From NCBI GenBank assembly GCA_963850725.1, contig CAWKMQ010000018.1:191128-255127 (forward strand): a stretch of 64,000 nucleotides of DNA. Direction: 5' to 3'. Position numbers and translations under genes: made by a program. The notes below the pieces were generated by a model that was not told where the DNA came from, ran no database searches, and saw only the letters and a list, made by a program, of their open reading frames with translations. The DNA is from Vicinamibacterales bacterium (GTDB lineage Bacteria > Acidobacteriota > Vicinamibacteria > Vicinamibacterales > JAMQPK01). This document shows, one piece after another, positions 1-8,041 of this stretch (its first letter is position 1; each line of letters opens with the position of its first letter).

Positions 1-1197
1 CATGACAGCTACGCGGGGAACAGCTACCAGCAGGGCGGAGGCAACGCCGCGTTCCGCTACAACCGCGAAGTCCTGTTCACGGACCTCGACTCCTATCTCA
101 CAGGATCATCGGCGACCGCGGTCGTGCCGAATACCAGCGGTCCGATCCGGACCGAGAACGCGCGGCCGAACAACATCCGCTACACCGCCGCCATTCAGAG
201 AGAAGTCGGCCGGAACATCGTCGTGGATGCTGCGTGGGTTGCGTCGCGGACGAAAAACGTGGTGCGCGAGGTGAACATCAACGACGTACCGGCGGGAGCA
301 CGATTCCAGCCGCAGAATCGCGACACGACGGTGGCGGCAACCCCGCAGAATCCAGGCGCGCTTCCCGACGTGTACCTGAGGCCGATCCTCGGATTCAACG
401 ACATCGAGATTGGCCAGCCGAACGGGTGGCAGTCGTACGACTCCTTGCAGTTGCAGGTCACTCGCCGGTTCACCGGACGCTTCGAGATGGCCGGCAGCTA
501 CACGTGGGCACGCGGTTATGAAGACACGTATGGTGGCACCGGCACCAACGACCTGTATTCGACGTTGCCGAATCTCGATCAGCACAGGGATATTCAGGAA
601 CACGTGCTCGTCGCGTCCTACCAGGTCGAGCTGCCGGCGGCGAGCCCGCACATGGGTAACAACAAGGTCGCCCGGTGGGTGCTCGACAACTGGCGGATTT
701 CGGGGATCAGCACCTTCGGCACGGGCGGCCGTGGCAATATCGGCACGAACAGCAACAGAAACCCCGGAGTCGTAACCTACAGCCCGAGCTTCGACTTTAC
801 CGGCGGCGGCGAGCAGTGCGGTCTCTACAACATCGACGGGGAGCTCGATCTTCCGGGCGGCGAGCACACCGTCGACAAGTGGTTCAACACCAGCGCGGTC
901 AAGCCGCTGACGGCGCGCGGACAGAGCGGCAACGACTGCCGTGCGTGGAAGTTCACGCAGCCGGGCTGGCACAATCACGACCTCTCGTTCTTCAAGGACA
1001 TCAGGCTCAAGGGCAGCCAGCAACTGCAGTACCGGCTGGAAATCTACAACCTGTTCAACCAGGTCTCGTTCCAGGATGTCGACAACACGCCCGTCTTCGA
1101 CTCGAATACGGGGGCTCAGACCGACACGAACTTCGGCAAGGTCACGGCGGCCCGGAACGAGCGGCGGATGCAGATGTCGATTCGTTTCATCTTTTAA
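1..1197 (+). CDS. TonB-dependent outer-membrane receptor, C-terminal beta-barrel part (5' end upstream of window)
   Basis: Frame 1 is open from base 1 and continuous with track ORF 124..1197. Ends ...RRMQMSIRFIF (terminal aromatic residue typical of OM barrels). The C-terminal region resembles the receptors at 39599, 46043 and 49930. Confidence 0.8.
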   Translation, partial: HDSYAGNSYQQGGGNAAFRYNREVLFTDLDSYLTGSSATAVVPNTSGPIRTENARPNNIRYTAAIQREVGRNIVVDAAWVASRTKNVVREVNINDVPAGARFQPQNRDTTVAATPQNPGALPDVYLRPILGFNDIEIGQPNGWQSYDSLQLQVTRRFTGRFEMAGSYTWARGYEDTYGGTGTNDLYSTLPNLDQHRDIQEHVLVASYQVELPAASPHMGNNKVARWVLDNWRISGISTFGTGGRGNIGTNSNRNPGVVTYSPSFDFTGGGEQCGLYNIDGELDLPGGEHTVDKWFNTSAVKPLTARGQSGNDCRAWKFTQPGWHNHDLSFFKDIRLKGSQQLQYRLEIYNLFNQVSFQDVDNTPVFDSNTGAQTDTNFGKVTAARNERRMQMSIRFIF

Positions 1198-1200
1198 CGA

Positions 1201-1259
1201 GGTGGTTCGTTAGTCGTAAAGTTCGTAAAGTGTCGGGTTCGTCGGGTTCGTTGGGTTCG
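1201..1259. repeat. Word array, core GTTCG/GGGTTCG (about 7 units of 9-10 bp)
   Basis: Sequence ggtggttcgt/tagtcgtaaa/gttcgtaaa/gtgtcgggttc/gtcgggttc/gttgggttc lies directly after the stop at 1195-1197. It is the reverse-complement word of the CGAACCC array at 59166..59317. Confidence 0.7.
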
Positions 1260-1293
1260 GGGCGACGGCTGAAAAGGCCGTCGCCCTTTTTTT
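1260..1293 (+). terminator. Rho-independent terminator
   Basis: Perfect 10-bp GC-rich stem (1260-1269 with 1277-1286), 7-nt loop, then T7 (1287-1293). Confidence 0.85.
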
Positions 1294-1310
1294 GTAGTAC
1301 ACATTGATCC

Positions 1311-2924
1311 ATGAAAATCGGCAGACGTCAGATCGGGGTTCTCGTCGTCGTCGCGCTGTTGCTGGCGGCTCATCCTGCCGGTCAGTCGCCGACGCCACAG
1401 CACGCATGGCTCACGATCCTGTCGACGACGGATCTGCACGGCAACATCCTGCCGATCGACTACTACACGGGACAGCCGGACGCGCGCGGGCTGGCGAAGA
1501 TCGCGTCGCTCGTGCGGCAGATTCGCAAAGAGAATCCGTCGGGCACGCTGCTGCTGAACTCGGGCGACACCATACAGGGTGCGCCGCTCGCGTACGTCCA
1601 CAACACGCGCAACAACACGCCGCCCGATCCGATGATGCTCACGATGAGCGCCATCGGCGTCGACGCCATGGCCGTCGGCAATCACGAGTACAACTTCGGG
1701 TTGACGGTGCTCGAGAAGGCCCGGAAGGAAGCAGCCTTCCCGTGGCTGTCAGCGAATACCTACGACGTTGGCACCGGGCGCCCGCACTACGCGCCGTACA
1801 TCATGAAAGACCTGCAGGGCGTTCGCGTCGGCATCCTCGGCTTGACGACGCCCGGCGTTCCGTCCTGGGACGATCCGAAAAACTATGCCGGCCTCGAATT
1901 CCGGGAACCGCTGGCCGAGGCGAGGAAGTGGGTGCCGCATCTGAGGACGGAAGAGCGCGCCGACGTGGTCGTCATCGCCATGCACATGGGGCTCGAAGAG
2001 GATCTCCGAACGGGTGTTGTCTACCCGGGGCAGGTGCCGAATGAAAATCAGGCGCTGGCGATTGCCCGGCAGGTCGATGGCGTCGATCTCATCGTCATGG
2101 GCCATACGCATCGCGACGTCAGTGCGCTCGTCGTCAACGGCACGCTGATGACCCAGGCGAACGCCTGGGGGCGGCATCTGGCCCGGGCCGACATCCATCT
2201 CCAGCGAGACGCCAACCAGCGCTGGCGGGTCGCGACGAGGCAGGCCAATACGATTCCGGTGACCGACAGCACGCCGGCCGATCCCGAGATCGTCAAGCTG
2301 GCCGAGCCGTACGATCGCGAGACGCGGGCTTTCTTGAGCCGCGTGATCGGCCAGTCGGACGCCGAGCTCAGCCTCAACGACTTCCGCGATCGCGACACGG
2401 CCATCCTCGATCTCGTGCATCGCGTGCAGCTCGATGCCGGCAAGGCCGACGTCTCGATGGTGGCGCCCTTCAACGAGCAGGCGCGGGTTCCGAAAGGCGA
2501 CGTGCGCGTCCGCGACATCGCGGGCCTTTACGTGTACGACAACACGCTGGTGGTGCTCGATGTGTCCGGCCAGCAGTTGAAAGACGCGCTCGAGCATTCC
2601 GCGCGTTTCTTCGACGGCGGCATCCCCGCGTTCAACTACGACCAGGCCGAGGGGGTGACCTACGAGCTCGATAGCCGCAAGGCGGCCGGAGAACGGATCC
2701 AGAACCTGCGCTTCCAGGGCAAGCCGCTCGGTCCCACTCAGCGCCTCCGGCTGGCCACGAACAACTACCGCGTCAACGGGGGCGGCGGCTACGTGATGTA
2801 CCGCGGGGCCCCCGAGGTGTACCGATCGTCAAAGGAAATCCGGGAGCTGATTGTCGAATGGGTCGAACAGCACAAGGAGATCCCCTCACAGCCGACGAAC
2901 AACTGGCGAACAGTCTCACGCTGA
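1311..2924 (+). CDS. Bifunctional metallophosphatase / 5'-nucleotidase (UshA/CpdB-like), exported
   Basis: Intact 537-aa ORF with a signal peptide. Metallophosphoesterase motifs DLHG, GDTIQG, GNHEYNFG and GHTH are followed by a 5'-nucleotidase-type C-terminal domain. Confidence 0.9.
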   Translation: MKIGRRQIGVLVVVALLLAAHPAGQSPTPQHAWLTILSTTDLHGNILPIDYYTGQPDARGLAKIASLVRQIRKENPSGTLLLNSGDTIQGAPLAYVHNTRNNTPPDPMMLTMSAIGVDAMAVGNHEYNFGLTVLEKARKEAAFPWLSANTYDVGTGRPHYAPYIMKDLQGVRVGILGLTTPGVPSWDDPKNYAGLEFREPLAEARKWVPHLRTEERADVVVIAMHMGLEEDLRTGVVYPGQVPNENQALAIARQVDGVDLIVMGHTHRDVSALVVNGTLMTQANAWGRHLARADIHLQRDANQRWRVATRQANTIPVTDSTPADPEIVKLAEPYDRETRAFLSRVIGQSDAELSLNDFRDRDTAILDLVHRVQLDAGKADVSMVAPFNEQARVPKGDVRVRDIAGLYVYDNTLVVLDVSGQQLKDALEHSARFFDGGIPAFNYDQAEGVTYELDSRKAAGERIQNLRFQGKPLGPTQRLRLATNNYRVNGGGGYVMYRGAPEVYRSSKEIRELIVEWVEQHKEIPSQPTNNWRTVSR

Positions 2925-2934
2925 CGATCCACAC

Positions 2935-3035
2935 ACAGAAGGTCAGAAGATCAGGATCAAAGAGTCAAAGAGTCGTAGAGTCGCCCAGGTCGCCAGAGTC
3001 TTGGAGTCCTGACGAGTCCTGGAGTCCGACGAGTC
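2935..3035. repeat. Word arrays: AGAAGATCAG word, then a GAGTC array
   Basis: cagaaggtcagaagatcaggatcaaagag is followed by nine 8-10 bp units ending in GAGTC/AGGTC. There are 8 exact GAGTC in about 74 bp (2962..3035). It starts 11 nt after the stop at 2924. Confidence 0.8.
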
Positions 3036-3065
3036 AAGTGCTTTCAGAAGATGTACGCGTCGCAA

Positions 3066-3244
3066 CAGCAACAGTTGGGTTGGCGTTGCTGCGGCGCGAA
3101 GCCGTGCGCAGGCGGCCGATGTCTGACGCCTGACCGCGCGAGAAGCCTCAGGGAACCGAGCGAGGATGAATGGCGGAAGTCGGTGTTCGCTCGGCCCCGA
3201 AGCTTCGGATTCGCGCGGCAGCGACGCCAACCCAAGTGTTGCTG
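3066..3244. repeat. Long imperfect inverted repeat (39-nt arms) enclosing 101 nt with two internal hairpins; MITE-like element or structured RNA candidate
   Basis: Arm 3066-3104 pairs with 3206-3244: 35 Watson-Crick pairs, 1 G-U and 3 mismatches by hand pairing. Internal stems are 3109-3114/3127-3132 and 3156-3163/3187-3194. It lies between convergent genes. Confidence 0.6.
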
Positions 3245-3267
3245 GCGGAAATCGAACGATCGCGCCG

Positions 3268-4369
3268 CTATCTTTTGATCTTCTGATCTTCTGTAAGAGG
3301 GCCAAGCGTCGCGACGTACAGATCGAAATCATTACGCTCGTCCGTTGGACCGGTGGGATGGCGCGAGGAGAACGCGATCACCGAGCCGGTGGCGTCGATC
3401 GACGGACCGACGCTGGGCTCGATCCATGCCCCGTCGGGATCGCCGCTGACGCGCACCATCGTGCCGTCCTGCCGATCGTAGACGAACACATCCCACAGCA
3501 GATTGAAGTCCTCGCCCGCCACCAGATCGCTGGCTTCCGATTGAAAGACGACGAATCGGCCATTGGAGGAGATGGCAGGGTTGGCGCTCGCACCATTGGC
3601 CAGTCCACGTCTCACGCTTTTCGTAATGATCCGGACGGCGCCCGTGTGAAGGTCGGCGACATGGATGTGCGAAAGCCCGCCACCATCCGGGCCGACAAAC
3701 GCCAGCGCGCCCGCGTCGCCGCTGATCGACGGCGCCCAGCCGATGCCGATGCGTCGTGTGGTGCCCAGGAGCATATCGCGCACCAACACCTGTGAACTGG
3801 GACGGCGACGCGCGTCGAAGGGCGGTCTCGCCGAAAACGCGACGTACCGTCCGTCTGCGCTCGGACTCGGGCTGAAGCTCCACGTCAACGCTGTGTCGAC
3901 GCCCGGGCCCATCGATGATGCTGACGCGATGGGGGACACCGCCGCGCGGATCGATCGAAAAAATATCGTGCTCCGACGTAAAAAACACGACGCCGTTTCC
4001 GGCGACGGACGGCTGCCGTCCTTTGCCAAGGGTCCGATCGACATTGTCGACCGTGTCGCGCCACAGGATCGTGCCGTCGGCCTGAAAGACAAGGTAGCGG
4101 CCGTCTGCGCTGATGTCAGGATCCTGGCAGTCGATTGGTCCGCACGCCGGGCTCTCGAAGGTGACCTTCTGCCGAGCGCGATCGAGCACGTAGACATCAA
4201 TGGTGTGGTCGGTGTCGGCATCGGCAAGCGGCGCATGCGTGAGAAACGCGACGTAACGGCCGTCCGCGCTGACCGAAGCCGACGGGCGATCGAGCCCTGC
4301 CCGGTTGGCATCTTTCTGATCGATGGTGAGCATCCCGCTCATGATCAGCGCGGCGACCTGTGCCTTCAT
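3268..4369 (-). pseudogene. TolB-like / PD40 (WD40-like) beta-propeller repeat protein, one frame change as assembled
   Basis: The N-terminal ~155 codons are in track ORF 3332..4369 and the rest in ORF 3268..4311. The join is near 3900 at a GGGCCCGGG run. Repeated motifs SADGRYVAF, SADGRYLVF, SSNGRFVVF and ATGSVIAF are present. Confidence 0.75.
3271..3293. repeat. Word array, reverse complement of the AGAAGATCAG word
   Basis: tcttttgatcttctgatcttctg is inverted relative to 2935-2960. It encodes the last codons (..EDQKIKR) of the minus-strand gene ending at 3268. Confidence 0.7.
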
Positions 4370-4947
4370 GGCGACCCGCGCATCTCGCCGGCAACCCTCA
4401 GACCTATCCGCGTGGCGCGTACTGTCTCGAACATTCCCACCGGCCCCGACTGTGCGTGAACGCCAGTACGCGGCCGCGCCGCTTGCGCGGCCAGATCGAC
4501 GCCGTCCAGCTGTTCGACGATGTGCTCGAACTCGTGCGCGACGAGCTCGACGAGGTCCTGCCGCGGCGCGATGGCGATGTGCGCGACCTGACGTCCATCA
4601 GGCTCTCGTGTGATGGTCGTCATGGCGCGGACGTCCGATCGCCACGACGGAGGCGCGAAGATGAGATGAATCATCAGCTTCGGTTCGCCGGCAATCCGCA
4701 GGCATTGCCGTCGGAACGTGGGCGAGTCGTGCAGCATCGATTCGACGACGGGACGAAAGTTGTCGGGCACGATGAAATTTGGCGGAAGGGCCAGCCGTGC
4801 CGGGACCGTTTGGGCGGCGACGTACTGCCGCACCGACGTGAATGACGTGTGCGTCCGTTCGAATCCGGAATTCGTTTGTGCGATTGCGGGACGCATCGGC
4901 ACCACCCATGCGCAGATCGTCATGACAAGAACCGTGCGTCGCTGCAT
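4366..4947 (-). CDS. Secreted hypothetical protein with an HExxH motif (putative zinc metallopeptidase-like)
   Basis: Intact 193-aa ORF. Signal peptide MQRRTVLVMTICAWVVPMRPAIAQ. Motif VAHEFEHIVEQ. Its stop overlaps the start of the downstream propeller gene (ATGA at 4366-4369). Confidence 0.55.
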   Translation of the reverse strand: MQRRTVLVMTICAWVVPMRPAIAQTNSGFERTHTSFTSVRQYVAAQTVPARLALPPNFIVPDNFRPVVESMLHDSPTFRRQCLRIAGEPKLMIHLIFAPPSWRSDVRAMTTITREPDGRQVAHIAIAPRQDLVELVAHEFEHIVEQLDGVDLAAQAARPRTGVHAQSGPVGMFETVRATRIGLRVAGEMRGSP

Positions 4948-5065
4948 GTTCGTTCTCCCGTGCGTTAGACGGCACGCCTCATGGTTTCGTTGTCCGGGCG
5001 TGTCTCATGAACATTTACGCGCATCTGCCACGAATGGTTAATCGACGTAAAATGCCGTCGTATCC

Positions 5066-5895
5066 ATGCAAGACGGTGCGCAGGGTCAGACGGTTGCAAA
5101 GCACGGGCCCATCGGTGTGTTCGATTCGGGTGTCGGCGGGCTGTCCGTGCTCCGCGCGATCCGCGATGAGCTGCCCGGCGAGCATCTTGTGTACGTCGCC
5201 GATTCAGGGTGTGCTCCCTACGGCGAACGATCGGCGGCGTTTGTCGTCGAGCGTGCACTGACTATTACGGATTTCCTGGTCCGCCAGGGTGCAAAAGCGA
5301 TCGTCGTGGCGTGCAACACCGCGACGGGCGCCGCGGTCGAGTCGCTTCGGGAGCGTTTCACGATTCCGATCGTCGCCATCGAGCCCGCGGTCAAGCCCGC
5401 GGCGGCGCGAACGCGATCCCGTGTCGTGGGTGTGCTCGCGACCACCGGTACGCTGTCGAGCCCGAACGTCGGCAAGCTTCTGGCGAATTACGGCGCCGAC
5501 GTCGAGTTCGTCATTCAACCGTGCCCGGGCCTTGCGGATCAGGTGGAGAAAGGCGATCTGGATTCCGACCAGACGCGGGACCTCGTGAGGCGATACGTGC
5601 AGCCGATCGTCGACAAGGGTGCGGATATCCTCGTGCTGGGATGCACGCACTACCCGTTTCTGCGGCACGCTCATCGAAGAGGTCGCGGGCTCGGGCATGG
5701 ACATCATCGATCCTGCCGGCGCCGTGGCCCGCGAGCTGCGGAGACGGCTCGAAGCGGCCGGCCTGCTTCGGCGGATCCGCGAACGCGGGAGGCGAGCAGT
5801 TCTGGACAACCGGCAAGACGGTCGACGTCGAGCCGGTCGTGCGTCAATTGTGGGGACAGGACGTGATGGTGTCCGCTCTGAGTGGAGGCCGATGA
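5066..5895 (+). pseudogene. murI: Glutamate racemase, two frame changes as assembled
   Basis: Motifs [21 protein letters not shown] and [10 protein letters not shown]. Frame 2 shifts to 3 near 5670 ([23 protein letters not shown]) and frame 3 to 1 near 5780 ([15 protein letters not shown]). The stop overlaps the next start (ATGA at 5892). Confidence 0.85.
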
Positions 5896-8025
5896 TGCGT
5901 GTCATGCGTCGCGCCGGTGTCGTCTCGCTGGGAGTCGTGGCTCTTCTCGCGATCGCGCGGCCATTCGCGGCCGAAAGCACCGAGATCCTCTGGGATCGGT
6001 ACGGCGTGCCGCATATCTACGCCTCCGATCGCGAGGCGATGTTCTACGCGCACGGGTGGGCGCAGATGCGCAACCACGCCGACCTGCTGCTGCGCTTGTA
6101 TGGCGAGTCGCGCGGGCGTGCCGCGGAGTACTGGGGCGGCGACGCCAATCTCGAGCTCGACAAGTGGGTGCACCTGAACGGCGTGCCCGAGCGCGCGCGC
6201 AGCTGGTACGACGCCCAGGATCCTCAGTTCCGCAAATATCTCGACGCGTTCGCCCGCGGCATCAACGATTTCGCCGCGAAGAATCCCGATTCGATCGGTC
6301 AGGCCTCTCGCGTGGTGCTGCCGGTGAGCGGAGTCGACGTCGTGCAGCACCCGCTGCGCGCGGTCCACTACGGATACATGGGATCGCGCGCGCGGATGGA
6401 AACCGAGGTGAACGCGATGCTGCGCGGGCGCGCGGCACTGCGACGGCGGTGAACGCGACGAGCTGGCCGCGGGCTCCAATACCTGGGGAGTCGCGCCGTC
6501 ACGTTCCGAAAGCGGGAACGCGATGCTCATCATCAATCCCCATCTTGCGTGGGGCAACACGTTCTACCGCTACATGCAGGTCCACCTCGTCGGACCGGAC
6601 TACGACCAGGTTGGCGCGCCCCAGGTAGGATTTCCCGTCGCTGTCGTCGGCTTCAACCGCCATACGGGCTGGGGCCGGACCGTCAACACGATCGATACGG
6701 TCGATTTCTACAGGCTGACGGTGCAGGGCGATCAATACCTGTTCGACGGCGCGGCGCGGCCGTTCGATCGTGAGACCCGCACCATCAAGGTCAGGCAGGC
6801 CGACGGCTCGATGCGCGACGAACGGCTCGATATTCGCCGCAGCGTTCATGGCCCTGTCGTGTACGACCAGAACGGCGTCACGGTGGCGATGCGCGTGGCC
6901 GGTCTCGATCGCCCGAAGATGCTCGAGCAGTGGTTCCGGATGGGCGAAGCGCGCACGCTCGAGGAATTTCAGTCGGCGCTGCGGATGATGTCGGTGCCGA
7001 TGTGGCACGCCAACTACGCCGACGATCGCGGACACATCATGTTCGTGTTCGACGGCCTCGTGCCCAGGCGCCGGCTGCACGACTTTCAGTACTGGTCGGG
7101 CGTCGTGCCGGGCGACACGTCGGACACGCTCTGGACCGACTATCTCTCGTTCGACGAGCTGCCCAAATCGATCGATCCCGCCAGCGGATTCCATCAGAAC
7201 GCCAACGAACCACCGTGGCTGATGACGCTGCCGCAGGTCGATCGCGCGAAGTATCCGGCCTACGTCGCCCCGTCCGGCCAGGCACTGCCGCAGATGCGCA
7301 CGCTGCGCTCGCTGCGGTTGATCACCGAAGGGCGGAAGATCTCGTACGAACAGCTCATCGCCAGGAAGCATTCCACCCGGATGGAGCTCGCCGACAAGGT
7401 GCTCCCCGATCTGCTCCAGGCGGCGGCGGGGACCGAAGCCGGAAACGTCCTCGGCAAGTGGGATCGTCTGACCGACGTGGACAGCCGCGGTGCCGTCCTC
7501 TTTCAGATGTTCGCCGACCGGTACTTTGCGGCGGCCAATGGCGGCATGGCCAGCAAGCTGCGCGTCGCGTACGATCCCGCACGTCCCCTGGACTCCGCCT
7601 ACGGCCTGGCCGATCCGGCGTCGGCCGCGGCTGCGCTCTCGGCGGCCGCCGACGAATGTCGCAAGCTCTACGGCGCGCTCGACGTGAAGTGGGGCGACGT
7701 CTTCCGATTCGCCAGCGGATCGGCCGATCTGCCGGGCAATGGCGGCCCGGGTGGCTCCGGTCTTTTCCGGACGATCGCCTTTACGCGACGCGAGGGCAAC
7801 AAGTACTACGCCGCGAGCGGCGAAACGATAGTATGTGCCATTGAATTCGGCCGGACCCAGCGGGCCCAGTGCCTGCTGGGATACGGCAATGCGACCCAGC
7901 CCGGCTCGCCGCACCTCGAGGACCAGCTGCCGTTGATGGTGCAGAAGAAGCTGTTGCCGGTGCGCCGCGACAAAAGAGAGATTGAAGGCAGCGTCGAATT
8001 GCGCGAACGTGTAGGCGGGCCGTGA
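5892..8025 (+). pseudogene. Penicillin/cephalosporin (glutaryl-7-ACA-like) acylase family protein, Ntn hydrolase (peptidase S45), one frame change
   Basis: Signal peptide, then the alpha-subunit part WDRYGVPHIYA...HGWAQMRNHADLLL in frame 3 up to about 6420. The beta-subunit runs from the nucleophile motif G-SNTWGVAP (Ser codon at 6475) in frame 1 (track ORF 6523..8025). Confidence 0.8.
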
Positions 8026-8041
8026 GGTACGGAGGAGCCAG

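Noticed and set aside
2958-3035. Word arrays as CsrA/RsmA-type GGA-motif sponges
   Set aside because: GGA occurs in several words (GGAGTC, GGAGAT, GGATTG, GGAAAG) but is absent from many units and from whole families (GAACCC, CACGAAG, ATGGCAG). It therefore does not unify the arrays.
3044-3278. Overlapping ORFs 3044..3235 (minus) and 3051..3278 (plus) in the convergent spacer
   Set aside because: Both lie within the long inverted-repeat element and mirror each other because of the symmetry. There is no RBS and no coding-like composition.
4850-4875. GTTCGAATCC-like string resembling a tRNA T-arm
   Set aside because: The flanking bases do not form the 5-bp T-stem or an acceptor stem, and the string lies inside the HExxH protein gene.
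5660-5800. Programmed ribosomal frameshifting as the explanation for the frame changes (for example in murI)
   Set aside because: There are no slippery heptamers or downstream structures at the junctions. Dozens of unrelated genes are affected at arbitrary positions, so indel error or decay is the simpler explanation.
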